Below, piece by piece: positions 8,866 to 18,882 of a stretch of DNA of 64,000 nucleotides. Source of the DNA: Desulfatiglandales bacterium (lineage in GTDB: Bacteria > Desulfobacterota > DSM-4660 > Desulfatiglandales > Desulfatiglandaceae); contig OY759599.1 of NCBI GenBank assembly GCA_963662465.1, positions 4,736,001-4,800,000 on the forward strand, in the 5' to 3' direction. The notes beneath the pieces are model-generated. The model saw only the letters and a program-made list of their open reading frames with translations. It did not search any database and had not been told where the DNA came from. Position numbers and translations under genes: made by a program. The number at the start of each line of letters is the position of its first letter. Within the stretch, counting starts at the first letter, position 1.

Positions 8866-11394
8866 TTATTGGTAAACCTGTTCGGTTTTAAGTATTTTCA
8901 TATTGAGAAGGTCGTCTTCCGTCAAACGAAATACGCCTTTTACGATTTCGGCCGGTTTCAAGGCCAACCTGTCTGTCTGCTTGAGGGTCAAATCAATTTG
9001 CCTGGGAGAGACAAGCCCCATGGCCATCACAGGGTCCCTGGCATCGAGTGCATGTTCCCCTTTTTTATTGATTTTGACAACCTCAAAATGCTTTGAATCG
9101 AGGAATTCAGTGAGATACGCCTCGTTGAATGTCGCCTTCATCAAGGTAATGAGAAATCGAGAAGCTTTGATCCGAAGTTTTCTTCCTGAAAAAGGAATTT
9201 TTGAAATGTGTATCACATCCATGCCGCTGGGGAGTTCCCGGTTGATTTTGGCTTTGAGGGAATCAATATCCACAACTTCAGCCAGTTCAATTTCCGCTAA
9301 TTCAGTCATGCTTTCCGTGCCTACCGGCAAAGCGGAAAAGAATGAGACCTTGGGCATGGGATGAAACCCCTGGGAGTAGACCAGTCTCAATCCGGCGCGC
9401 CTGAAAGCGCGTGTCAACACGCGCCCCAACTCCAGGTGACTGAGATGCCCGGCGCCGGCCAATTTTGTAAAGGTGAGACGGAATTTACTCACGGACTGCA
9501 CTGCTGGTTGTTCCGGTGAGAATGCTTTTGGTGAGAAGGATACAGCCTTAAAAAGGACGGGATCGATTGTTTTATGGTCGCATACGCCACATTCATAACA
9601 TTTTTCACGGCAATCGGGGGTAAACTGCTCTGTTTCAGCTTTTTTTCGTTCTTTTCTAAGGAAGGCCTTTGTAACGCCCGATCGAATATGATCCCATGGC
9701 AGGATCTCATGGGCGCCTCTTTCCCTGTGATAAAACGCCGGTTTAATTTGGGATCGATCAAAGGCGTCTTTCCATATCTCCAGTTTGAAATGCTCTCCCC
9801 ATGCGTCAAACCTTGCCCCGAGCTTCCATGCCTCAATAATGGCGCCGGCCAGTTTCCGGTCTCCCCTGGCCATGACGCCTTCCAGCCAGCTCAACTCCGG
9901 TTGATTCCATTTAACCCGCACACGACTGTTTCTAAGGCCGTCCCGAATCAGTTTAATCCTTCGCCGGCTCTCTTCCAGGGATATTTGAGGCATCCACATA
10001 AAGGGGGTATGGCTCTTGGGCACGAAAGTGGAAATAGCGACATTCACGTTTTCACGTCGTCCCTTTTGGCCTGACACTCTCGTAACCTGTTCCGCAAGAT
10101 CAACAATGTCCTGAAGATCCTCATCTCCTTCGGACGGCAGTCCAATCATAAAATAAAGTTTAATCAGCTTCCACCCTGATTTGTACACGATGCGTGCCGT
10201 TTCAAGGACATCCGATTGGGTTAATCCCTTGTTAATGACCCGTCTGAGGCGATTATTTCCCGCTTCGGGGGCGAGGGTAAACCCTGTTTTCCGGACTCTT
10301 TTGATCTGTTCAATCATTTGCGCATCCAGACTGTCAACCCTGAGAGAGGGGAGACTGACGCCGATATGGTCGGGGGAAAGCCGGTCCATGAGGGCGCGAA
10401 GAAGTGGCCCGATATGGCTGTAATCACCGGAACTGAGCGACAGAAGCGATAGGTCTTCGTATCCGGTCAGACGCAAAGTATTTTCCGCAATGTTGATAAT
10501 GGATTCCGGATCTCTCTCCCGAACAGGCCTGTAGATCATCCCGGCCTGGCAGAACCGGCAGCCTCGGGTACAGCCCCGTGAAATCTCAACGGCAACGCGG
10601 TCATGAACCAGTTCCGTAAAAGGGACAATTTGGCGTACCGGGTAGGGATATGCGTCAAGATGGGGTAAAATAGCCTTATTTACCATCTTATAATCGTCAT
10701 GTTTTGGCATAATCTCAGCTATTTTTCCGTCCGCATCATACCGGATCTGGAAGAAGGAAGGGATGTAGATTCCTTGTATCTGAGAGAGGCAATTCAGGAT
10801 GTCGTGTTTTTGAACGCCACCCGCCTGTTTTGCCTTTCGAACGGCGCTGCATATCTCCAAAGAAGCGGTTTCGCCATCTCCAATCACCATGATGTCAAAA
10901 AAATCCGCAACAGGTTCCGGGTTGAAACAGGCGGGTCCCCCCGCAATAATAAGGGGATAGTCATTCCCCCTGTCTTTGGCCAGAAACGGAATTCCGGAAA
11001 GATCAAGGACATTTAAGATGTTCGTATAGGAAAGCTCATGTTGAAGGCTGAATCCGATGAGATCAAAATCGGCCAGGGGTTGTCCTGACTCCCAGGAGGT
11101 GAGCGGAACGTTGTTTTCCCTGAGTACACTTTCCAGGTCGGTCCAGGGAGAAAAGACCCTTTCGGCGGCAAGCCAGTCCCGACTGTTCAAAAGGTGGTAG
11201 ATGATCTTCAATCCCAAATGGCTCATGCCCACTTCAAAAACGTCCGGGAAAACAAGCGCAATAGACACATCGGCTTGTAAAAGATCTTTTCGAATGACGT
11301 TAATCTCATTGTCCAAATAACGGCTGGGACGGCTAAGCTTGGAAAACCACTCCTGTTCACATATTTTCATGGTATTGTCACTTTCCTTTTTCAA
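8866..11394 (-). CDS. B12-binding radical SAM protein (TIGR03960-type) fused to a C-terminal TIGR03936-type domain
   Basis: RGCTRGCRFCQAG, VGMSHLG, C-terminal SHLELGRVLTRAFRRAG..YSQGFHPMPK; start may be ATG 11370. Confidence 0.9.
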   Translation of the reverse strand: MKKESDNTMKICEQEWFSKLSRPSRYLDNEINVIRKDLLQADVSIALVFPDVFEVGMSHLGLKIIYHLLNSRDWLAAERVFSPWTDLESVLRENNVPLTSWESGQPLADFDLIGFSLQHELSYTNILNVLDLSGIPFLAKDRGNDYPLIIAGGPACFNPEPVADFFDIMVIGDGETASLEICSAVRKAKQAGGVQKHDILNCLSQIQGIYIPSFFQIRYDADGKIAEIMPKHDDYKMVNKAILPHLDAYPYPVRQIVPFTELVHDRVAVEISRGCTRGCRFCQAGMIYRPVRERDPESIINIAENTLRLTGYEDLSLLSLSSGDYSHIGPLLRALMDRLSPDHIGVSLPSLRVDSLDAQMIEQIKRVRKTGFTLAPEAGNNRLRRVINKGLTQSDVLETARIVYKSGWKLIKLYFMIGLPSEGDEDLQDIVDLAEQVTRVSGQKGRRENVNVAISTFVPKSHTPFMWMPQISLEESRRRIKLIRDGLRNSRVRVKWNQPELSWLEGVMARGDRKLAGAIIEAWKLGARFDAWGEHFKLEIWKDAFDRSQIKPAFYHRERGAHEILPWDHIRSGVTKAFLRKERKKAETEQFTPDCREKCYECGVCDHKTIDPVLFKAVSFSPKAFSPEQPAVQSVSKFRLTFTKLAGAGHLSHLELGRVLTRAFRRAGLRLVYSQGFHPMPKVSFFSALPVGTESMTELAEIELAEVVDIDSLKAKINRELPSGMDVIHISKIPFSGRKLRIKASRFLITLMKATFNEAYLTEFLDSKHFEVVKINKKGEHALDARDPVMAMGLVSPRQIDLTLKQTDRLALKPAEIVKGVFRLTEDDLLNMKILKTEQVYQ

Positions 11395-11411
11395 AATTTC
11401 GAATGGTGCAA

Positions 11412-13103
11412 TTACTGGTGTTTTAGGGGCAACACAATAACGATTTCAGCACCGCCTTCAGGGTGGTTGTTCCCCGAAACCCTGCCTTCAAGTTGATCGA
11501 TGATCCGTTTTACGGTGGCCAGGCCCAGGCCGCTCCCCCCCTCTTTGGTGGTGAAAAATGGTGTGAAAATTCCGGCAAGGGCTTTTTCGTTAAATCCGTC
11601 CCCGGTGTCACGGATGACAATCACCACATTGCGGGTTGTTGATTCCGAGCCTTCCGGCGCCGATTTTGTGGTGATGAAAAGTGTCCCGCCACCGGGCATG
11701 ACATCGCAGGCATTCAGAAAAACATTCCATAAAACCTGTTTGACTTGACCCGGATCAGATTCAATTACCACAGTGTCCTCAAAATGTGTAACGATAACGA
11801 TATTTTCATGCCAGCCTTGGCTATTTTTCAAAAGTTCCAGGGATTCCAGGATGACCTGATTCAGGTCAAAGGTTACCCATTTTGTTTCTTTAGGCCGCGC
11901 AAAGATCAAAAAATCACTGATCAACTGGTTCAATCGGTCAATTTCCCGGCTTACAATGGCCATTAATCGGCTTTCAATGGTATCCCAGACAAGTCCTTCT
12001 TTCAATATCTCAATGGAACCGCTGATGGAGGCCATGGGATTCCTTATTTCATGGGCAATGCCCGCAGCCATCTCCCCCACAAGCGCCAATCCTTCCACTT
12101 TTTTCATATTTTCTTCAATTCGTTTTATTTCCGTTACATCCTGAAGAACCAGGATTTTGCCGCCACTGTCGCCCAATGAGTACCGAAGGGGCGATATGGA
12201 AAACCGAAGATAAATTCTGACGTCACCCGGTTGCGTATAAGGAATATCCATAAAGGGGGGGGTATTGACCGAGGGGCGTATAGCACAAGCGGTTTGTAGA
12301 TGTTGCCTAAGAACGGGAATGACGGTCGCCAGCGAACAGCCGATAATTTGATCGGCACGAATTTTAAAAAGTTGTTCCGCCGTTGGGTTGAACAATATAA
12401 CGCGTTCCGCTTTGTCTAAGACAATCAGTCCCGAATCAATGCTATTAATAATGCTTTCATGAAGAATTTCCAGTTTATTGAGATCCAGTTGGGTTTCTTT
12501 TAATTCCGCACGGCTTTTTTTGATCTGTTCGGCAAGGAAACCACTGAGATATCCCACCAGGTAGAATCCGATCATATTGACCAGTATGGTATAGAACAGG
12601 TAGGCACTGTTATAGGTATCGGGAGCGTAATTCAACCGACTGCCCAATGGGTGAATCAAGCCATAATAATGAAGATCCAGCAACAATCCATAAAGGATGC
12701 TGCTTCCCGAAGCGATGAGTATGCCGCCTTTTCGGGAAAGGATAATGCCGCCGCTGATGATATTTAAAATGAAAAGAAAAGAAAAGATGCTATCGATTCC
12801 GCCGGTGGCGTATATGAAAAAGGTAATAAAAATGGTGTCGAAAAATATCTGAAAATAGGCCTGAAGCCTTATTTTTCTGAAATGTTTGATGAGAAAAATA
12901 TAAATTGTATTGGTGAGATATATAATCGTAAGGAGAATGTAGGGTGCACTCTGAGCTTGGGTGAAATAAAGGTGAGTTTCCTTGAAACGGATAAATATGA
13001 GGACGCCCAGGATCACGGAAACGAACAGCACCCGTAAAAACATCAGGGTTTGAAGTCGTTTTTGGAGTTCTGAATCCCTGCCGGTCTGCTTTTGCTTGAT
13101 CAT
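11412..13103 (-). CDS. pilS: PilS-type membrane sensor histidine kinase (TM-PAS-HisKA-HATPase)
   Basis: About 6 TM segments, AHEIRNPM H-box, DTGDG, FFTTKEGGSGLGLA; directly after pilC. Confidence 0.85.
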   Translation of the reverse strand: MIKQKQTGRDSELQKRLQTLMFLRVLFVSVILGVLIFIRFKETHLYFTQAQSAPYILLTIIYLTNTIYIFLIKHFRKIRLQAYFQIFFDTIFITFFIYATGGIDSIFSFLFILNIISGGIILSRKGGILIASGSSILYGLLLDLHYYGLIHPLGSRLNYAPDTYNSAYLFYTILVNMIGFYLVGYLSGFLAEQIKKSRAELKETQLDLNKLEILHESIINSIDSGLIVLDKAERVILFNPTAEQLFKIRADQIIGCSLATVIPVLRQHLQTACAIRPSVNTPPFMDIPYTQPGDVRIYLRFSISPLRYSLGDSGGKILVLQDVTEIKRIEENMKKVEGLALVGEMAAGIAHEIRNPMASISGSIEILKEGLVWDTIESRLMAIVSREIDRLNQLISDFLIFARPKETKWVTFDLNQVILESLELLKNSQGWHENIVIVTHFEDTVVIESDPGQVKQVLWNVFLNACDVMPGGGTLFITTKSAPEGSESTTRNVVIVIRDTGDGFNEKALAGIFTPFFTTKEGGSGLGLATVKRIIDQLEGRVSGNNHPEGGAEIVIVLPLKHQ

Positions 13104-13110
13104 CTCTGCT

Positions 13111-14322
13111 TCATGAACCCATGGCCGCGGCCATCTGGAATATGGGCAGATACATGGCAATGACGAGACCGCCAATGGCGCCGCCCAGAAAAACCATGAG
13201 CAAGGGCTCCAACATGGACGTCAAAGCATCAACCGCCGCATCCACTTCATCATCGTAAAAGTCGGCGATTTTTTCCAGCATGGTTTCCAAAGCGCCGGTC
13301 GCTTCTCCCACGCCGATCATTTGAACAACCATGTTGGGAAAAATGCCGCTTTCCGAAAGCGGTTCAGCGATGGGTTGACCTTCGGCAATGCAGGCGCGAA
13401 CATCCAGAATAACTTCTTCCAAGACCATGTTTCCCGAGGTCTTGGCCACAATCTCCATGGCCGAAATAATGGGAACACCACTACCGATCATGGTTCCAAG
13501 GGTCCTGGTGAAACTGGCCACGGCGACTTTCCTGAGAAGGTTGCCGAAAACCGGGAGTTTGAGTGCCAGAATATCTAATTTTTTCCTTCCATATTTGGTA
13601 CTCTTAAATTTTTTGAAAACAATTACCAAAACAATGATCGCCCCGATCATGTAATGTACATTTCCTTTGATGAAACGGCTGAGATTTACGACAATTTGAG
13701 TGGGCATCGGCAGCGCAGAGCCAAAATCGGCGAACATGCTTTCAAAAACGGGGATAACGAAAATCATGATGACGGCGATGACCAGAACGGCGATGGACAC
13801 AACAATAGCCGGGTATGTCATGGCGCTCTTGATTTTCGATTTCAGTTTTTGCGCTTTTTCGATATGCGTGGCCAGTCGCTGCAAAATAGTGTCCAGTATC
13901 CCGCCAACCTCGCCGGCCGCCACCAGATTCACGAAAAGACCGTCAAACACCTTGGGGTGCTTCTGGAGTGATTCAGCCAGACTGGCGCCGCCCTCCACAT
14001 CGGTGACGACCTCCTTCAAAATGCCTTTGAAGGTTTTGTTCTCCATCTGGTCGGCCAGTATGGTAAGCCCCTGTACCAGCGGAAGACCGGCATCAATCAT
14101 GGTCGAAAACTGTCGGGTGAAAATAACGAGGTCTTTACTGGTTATTTTCGGCTGCATAAACGAGACGCTTGCAAAAAGATCTTTTGGCTTTTGTTTGATC
14201 TTTTTGATTTTGAGATTGCGCCGTTTCAGCTGCAGTCTGGCCATCTTTTCATCGGCGGCTTCAACTTCACCGCGGATGGTTTTACCCTTTTTGGTCTCAG
14301 CAACCCATTTGAATTCCGGCAT
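13111..14322 (-). CDS. pilC: Type IV pilus inner-membrane platform protein PilC (T2SS F family)
   Basis: FTRQFSTMIDAGLPL, AGEVGGILD, VGEATGALETML, IAMYLPIF; ATG 14322 with GGGAG. Confidence 0.95.
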   Translation of the reverse strand: MPEFKWVAETKKGKTIRGEVEAADEKMARLQLKRRNLKIKKIKQKPKDLFASVSFMQPKITSKDLVIFTRQFSTMIDAGLPLVQGLTILADQMENKTFKGILKEVVTDVEGGASLAESLQKHPKVFDGLFVNLVAAGEVGGILDTILQRLATHIEKAQKLKSKIKSAMTYPAIVVSIAVLVIAVIMIFVIPVFESMFADFGSALPMPTQIVVNLSRFIKGNVHYMIGAIIVLVIVFKKFKSTKYGRKKLDILALKLPVFGNLLRKVAVASFTRTLGTMIGSGVPIISAMEIVAKTSGNMVLEEVILDVRACIAEGQPIAEPLSESGIFPNMVVQMIGVGEATGALETMLEKIADFYDDEVDAAVDALTSMLEPLLMVFLGGAIGGLVIAMYLPIFQMAAAMGS

Positions 14323-14404
14323 TTTGGTTCTCCCAAAAATGAAACAGCTAACCCATTTGTCTCCAATGTTTGGCGATTTTTTAATTTTAATAAACAGTTG
14401 TCGG

Positions 14405-14433
14405 AAGATAAATAATTTGCTCGTTTCTGTCAA
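14405..14433 (-). promoter_or_regulatory. Sigma70-type promoter for pilC
   Basis: TTGACA-N17-TATCTT on the minus strand. Confidence 0.55.
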
Positions 14434-14644
14434 GGACGCTATTTTGTTAGAACCGGCTGATATTGTTCTTGACAAGAAGCGGAGATACCATGTTATATGT
14501 GTTTGCTGTTGGAGCGTCATGAAGATCCGCACTGTTCAATGCTTTCTGAAAAGTTTGATCCGTATTGATTTGCACGCTCTTTTTAGGCGAAAAAGTTTGT
14601 AGTACACGTAATCAATTGAAATGATGAATAAGGAGGTGTTGGCT

Positions 14645-14857
14645 GTGAGTGAGATTATTGCCCCCATGGGGGGAAAAGTTCTTGATGTGAAGGTAAAGCC
14701 GGGAGATGCGGTAAGCGACGGTGATGAAGTGGTGATCCTCGAAGCCATGAAAATGGAGTTGCCGGTTGTGGCGGAAGCATCGGGTACGGTTAAAGAGGTA
14801 AAGTGCAATAAAGGGGATACGGTTGAAGCGGAAGGCGTCCTGATCACGCTGGAGTAG
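14645..14857 (+). CDS. Stand-alone biotin carboxyl carrier protein (probable decarboxylase biotin subunit)
   Basis: EAMKM biotinylation motif; AGGAGGTG RBS before GTG; about 70 aa. Confidence 0.9.
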   Translation: MSEIIAPMGGKVLDVKVKPGDAVSDGDEVVILEAMKMELPVVAEASGTVKEVKCNKGDTVEAEGVLITLE

Positions 14858-14934
14858 CGCATTTTTATACGCTTGTCGGGCGACGCCGTTTCGCTTGGGA
14901 GTGGGATTGTATCCCCCGAATAAAGCCATAGCCC

Positions 14935-14977
14935 AAACAAAAGGCCTCCATATTTAATATGGAAGCCTTTTGTTTTT
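14935..14977. terminator. Bidirectional intrinsic terminator between convergent genes
   Basis: aaacaaaaggcctccatat...atatggaagccttttgttt hairpin with A/T tails. Confidence 0.7.
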
Positions 14978-14997
14978 GATGGGTTTTTCGATGCTGC

Positions 14998-15462
14998 CTA
15001 TGCCGCGGCTTTTTTTGCCTCCGCCCGTCCGACAAACGCGGAGATGATTTTCCCGGAAACAACCATTCCCACAAAGACAATCATCAAGACCACAAATACG
15101 CCGATATACCGCAAAACAAGGGTCCCGATAATCCATGTCCAGTTGTCTTTGATAATAACAATGGTGGCCCCGTCTTTTTCATCCTTTGAGATAGTAATGG
15201 AATGCCAGGGGCGCGCCCCATCATCTTCAATATAAGTGGCATCTTTCCAGTCTCGAAACTTGATGTTCGATTCGTTCTTCAGTTGTTCCCTGTAAAATAA
15301 AACCACCGCGTCGTGGGAAAGAGACGATTTCATCTCCAGGCGAACATCGGTTCTCAAATTTTCCTTGCCCTGGCTTACGACGGGCGCACCCAGGAAGTCT
15401 TCCGCATTTGAAGCCACGGGAAACATCAACAAAATTAATAGTAAGAGTGCTGTTTTTTTCAT
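14998..15462 (-). CDS. OadG/GcdD-like decarboxylase membrane subunit with an N-terminal exported domain
   Basis: Signal peptide MKKTALLLL..SNA; C-terminal TM GVFVVLMIVFVGM; directly after the beta subunit. Confidence 0.6.
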   Translation of the reverse strand: MKKTALLLLILLMFPVASNAEDFLGAPVVSQGKENLRTDVRLEMKSSLSHDAVVLFYREQLKNESNIKFRDWKDATYIEDDGARPWHSITISKDEKDGATIVIIKDNWTWIIGTLVLRYIGVFVVLMIVFVGMVVSGKIISAFVGRAEAKKAAA

Positions 15463-15530
15463 TTGCTTACCCTTTGTAAATCGAGTTTTTAGCATCATTG
15501 CCTTGCCACATGGTTTTACTACGCCAAAGG

Positions 15531-16676
15531 TTAGTCAAACATGGCGATGAACATGCCGGCCGCCGCCGCGGAACCGATAACGCCCGCGAGGTTCGGCCCC
15601 ACGGCGTGCATCAGCAAATGGTTCGTCCGGTCATATCTGAGCCCCTGCATTTGCGAAACCCTTGCCGCCATGGGCACCGCGGAAACACCGGCGGAACCGA
15701 TCAGGGGATTAATCTTGTCCTTCAGAAAAAGATTCATGATTTTAACGGTAACAATACCGCCGATGGTACAAACGGCAAAATCCACCAACCCCAGACTAAA
15801 GATGAAGAGCGGTTTCCAGCTCAGAAACTTATCCGCCTGCATGGTAGCGCCCACCGAAACGCCCAGGAATATGGTAACGATGTTCATCAGGGAGTCCTTG
15901 GCCGTTCCGACCAATCGTTCCACCACGCCGCTTTCTTTCATGAGGTTTCCGAGCATGAACATACCCATGAGCGGAATCACGGAGGGCACCAGAAGTGCGA
16001 TGATGCCTGAGGTAACAAGGGGAAAAAGAATTTTTTCCTGACGCGAAACCGGCCTTAACTGATGCATGCGGATCTTTCTTTCTTCCGGATTCGTCATCAT
16101 TTTCATGAGCGGCGGCTGGATCAGGGGCACCATGGCCATGTATGAATAGGCCGCCAGCGCATTGGCACCGAGCAACTGAGGCGCCAGATGCTGAGTTAAA
16201 TAGATGGTAGTGGGGCCGTCGGCGCCGCCGATGATGCTGACGGAGGCGGCCTCCTTCAAGGTAAAACCCACCAGCACCGTACCGGTAAAGGTAATGAAGA
16301 CACCCAATTGTGCGCCAGCGCCGATGAGGAGGGTCTTGGGGTTGGCAATAAGGGGGCCAAAGTCGGTCATAGCGCCCAACCCCAGAAAAATGACGCAGGG
16401 AATGACTTCCCATTTGAGCCCATACTTGTAAAATACCTCCAAAAGAAGAGGATGACCATTACTAGAATAGCCCATCAGGGGGACCAGGGGAAAGTTGACG
16501 ATAAAAATTCCAAAACCGATGGGGAGCAAGAGAAGGGGTTCAAATTTTTTAACAATGGCCAGATATATGAACAAACTCCCCACGCACCACATGATCACAA
16601 TATTCCATTGAAAATTGTAAATTCCGGTTGTATGGAGGGTTCCATACAACATATCGAGTATTTCGTTGGCGGTCAT
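15531..16676 (-). CDS. gcdB: Na+-transporting decarboxylase beta subunit (likely glutaconyl-CoA decarboxylase)
   Basis: FEPLLLLPIGFG, IGGADGPT, AAYSYMAMVP, GSAGVSAVPMAAR, GPNLAGVIGSA; substrate inferred from context. Confidence 0.85.
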   Translation of the reverse strand: MTANEILDMLYGTLHTTGIYNFQWNIVIMWCVGSLFIYLAIVKKFEPLLLLPIGFGIFIVNFPLVPLMGYSSNGHPLLLEVFYKYGLKWEVIPCVIFLGLGAMTDFGPLIANPKTLLIGAGAQLGVFITFTGTVLVGFTLKEAASVSIIGGADGPTTIYLTQHLAPQLLGANALAAYSYMAMVPLIQPPLMKMMTNPEERKIRMHQLRPVSRQEKILFPLVTSGIIALLVPSVIPLMGMFMLGNLMKESGVVERLVGTAKDSLMNIVTIFLGVSVGATMQADKFLSWKPLFIFSLGLVDFAVCTIGGIVTVKIMNLFLKDKINPLIGSAGVSAVPMAARVSQMQGLRYDRTNHLLMHAVGPNLAGVIGSAAAAGMFIAMFD

Positions 16677-16822
16677 GACAAAATCCTTTGCAAGAACTTG
16701 AGTGAATTTTCTCGCGATTCAATCGCGATATTCCAAGCGTCTTATCCGACGCGAAAGTGAAGGCATAATATAGCCACATGCCTTTGTCAACTAAAAACCC
16801 CAGGTCAATAAACTGCTTCGGT

Positions 16823-17590
16823 TTATCCGTTTTTCCATACCGGTTTTCGTTTTTCCAGAAAAGCATTCAGACCTTCTTGCGCATCCGCCGTGGGCATGAG
16901 TTCGTTTAAGTAGATATCTTCAATTACTTTGAGGGAAGGTTCGAAATCGTCCATCAACCCTGCCGTAATGGCCTTTTTTGTTTTTCTCAGAACTTCGGCG
17001 CTCAATCGGAGATAGGGTTTCAGAAAATCCCGTGTGGCGGAACCCAAGTCGTCTTTTGTGACAACTTTGTTGATCAACCCCATCCCCATGGCCTCTTCAG
17101 CCGAGATGATCCTTCCCGACAGTATCAGATCCATGGCGGCTTTTCGACCGATAATACGGGGCATAATCTGAGCGGCTATGGGGGGGAACACCCCCACCTG
17201 GACTTCAGGCTGGCCATATTTGGCATCTTCGGAAGAAATAACCAGGTCGCAAAAAATGGCCAGTTCGCATCCACCCCCCAGGCAGGACCCGTATACGGAT
17301 GCCATAGTCGGAATGCCTAAAGTCTCCATAAGGCGGAACATCCTGTGAAAAGCGCCGATCATTTTCGGCGCCATATCTCCCATGTGTTCTCCCACATCCA
17401 CGCCCGCGGAAAAGCATTTCCCTTTGGCATCAAAAAGCACTGCCTTCAGATCCTTTTCGCCCTGCCATGATGAGAGTACCCCATTAATTTCTTCCATCAT
17501 AGCGATGTTTAAAATATTCACCGGGGGCCTGTTTAACGTGATGGTCCCCAAACCATTTTCAACCTGAACTTCTATATGTTGGTATCCCAT
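16823..17590 (-). CDS. dch: Cyclohexa-1,5-diene-1-carbonyl-CoA hydratase (Dch/BamR)
   Basis: Crotonase fold (FSAGVDVGEH, CLGGGCELA, QPEVQVGVFPP, YLNELM); adjacent to oah and had. Confidence 0.85.
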   Translation of the reverse strand: MGYQHIEVQVENGLGTITLNRPPVNILNIAMMEEINGVLSSWQGEKDLKAVLFDAKGKCFSAGVDVGEHMGDMAPKMIGAFHRMFRLMETLGIPTMASVYGSCLGGGCELAIFCDLVISSEDAKYGQPEVQVGVFPPIAAQIMPRIIGRKAAMDLILSGRIISAEEAMGMGLINKVVTKDDLGSATRDFLKPYLRLSAEVLRKTKKAITAGLMDDFEPSLKVIEDIYLNELMPTADAQEGLNAFLEKRKPVWKNG

Positions 17591-17608
17591 AGAACACGCG
17601 CTCCTTAT

Positions 17609-17655
17609 AAAAAAAGAACGGCAGGCGGGCCTGTTCATGGACCTGCCTGCCGTTT
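17609..17655 (-). terminator. Intrinsic terminator-like hairpin between oah and dch
   Basis: aacggcaggc..gcctgccgtt stem followed by a T-run on the minus strand. Confidence 0.65.
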
Positions 17656-17679
17656 ATGATTCGTGTTATTTTGGAGAAA

Positions 17680-18816
17680 CTACTCCTTGGGCGTTCCCAT
17701 GGCATTGGCGAACATATCCATGTCCCAAGTCTTGCATTCCGCGATGTCCTGGCGGAACTTCAGGAAATTGATGGTATCCTGACCGGTAATCCGTTTGGTA
17801 TTGAAGGCGCCGAAACCGAGGAAGGCTTCTCCACCCATATTGGCCGCCAGCCAGTGCCGGTTGTAGTTTTTGGAATAATCCCAGAAGAATTTTTTCTTGG
17901 CACGGATGCTGTCAATGGATTTGATCAGGCAGCCGGGAAACAAGTTGGCAAAGGTCCATACAATCTTGTCAACCTCTTTGTCCAGCAATTCAAAATCCGC
18001 GTTGGGCTGATGCTCTTTCACAAACGCACGGGCTTCCTTGGCTTCAGGACCGGTTTTATACTCACCGTAAACCACTTCGCCGCCATCCACATACTTGTCG
18101 GTGATGATCATGGGGTTTCTGACCCATTCGCCATTGACCTTCAAAACCGGAACCACCTTGCTGATCAGGGTTTTCGCTTTCATTTTATAGGCGGACCACA
18201 TTTCACAGGAGACGCAGTTCCACATGGCATCTTCAATTCCCAGATACCATGGCAAAAAGTCCGAGGAACCGCCATCGGGCGCCGAACCGTGCCTGGGTCC
18301 CGCCTGACCGAAAATAGCCAGATCCGACGAAATGGCGAGGTCGCAGGCCATGCCGATTTCCTGGCCACCCGCCACACGCATCCCGTTAACCCGACTGATA
18401 ACCGGTTTTTTGCACGCCAGAATGGCATCCACCATATGGTTAAACAGTTCCATGTACTGACCGTATTCATCGGACCTCAGGCTGTAAAACTCGCTGTATT
18501 CCTTGGTATTTCCGCCGGTGCAAAAGGCGTAGGGTCCCGTTCCGGTGAATACGGCGGCAACGACGCTGCGATCCAGGGAAGCATTTTCAAAACCCGCAAT
18601 GACCCCTTTGACCATTTCCGTCGTATAGGAGTTGTACTGTTTGGGGTTATTCAAGCGAATCCAGGACACATAAAGGCCATCCACCACATTGCCCTTGGGA
18701 TCGGTCAAGGGACGTTTCTCATAGACCACGCAGGGGGCGTCCGTGCCCCAGTGAACATCCGTGTGAAGAGCGTGATCCTTCTTTCCATTTTCTCTCGGCA
18801 TCCATTCTAAAGCCAT
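17680..18816 (-). CDS. oah: 6-oxocyclohex-1-ene-1-carbonyl-CoA hydrolase (Oah/BamA)
   Basis: LNNPKQYNSYTT, FCTGGNTKEY, GQAGPRHGSAPDGG, WLAANMGGEA. Confidence 0.95.
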   Translation of the reverse strand: MALEWMPRENGKKDHALHTDVHWGTDAPCVVYEKRPLTDPKGNVVDGLYVSWIRLNNPKQYNSYTTEMVKGVIAGFENASLDRSVVAAVFTGTGPYAFCTGGNTKEYSEFYSLRSDEYGQYMELFNHMVDAILACKKPVISRVNGMRVAGGQEIGMACDLAISSDLAIFGQAGPRHGSAPDGGSSDFLPWYLGIEDAMWNCVSCEMWSAYKMKAKTLISKVVPVLKVNGEWVRNPMIITDKYVDGGEVVYGEYKTGPEAKEARAFVKEHQPNADFELLDKEVDKIVWTFANLFPGCLIKSIDSIRAKKKFFWDYSKNYNRHWLAANMGGEAFLGFGAFNTKRITGQDTINFLKFRQDIAECKTWDMDMFANAMGTPKE

Positions 18817-18882
18817 GCTGTTATCTCCTTTATCTTTTCTTTTGATGTTGTTTGGTTTTGTACGGTTGACTAAAGACCACCC

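Noticed and set aside
17656..18810. 384-aa plus-strand ORF
   Set aside because: Antisense shadow of oah with no motifs. The same applies to 13700-14602 (opposite pilC) and 4619-5479 (opposite the ligase).
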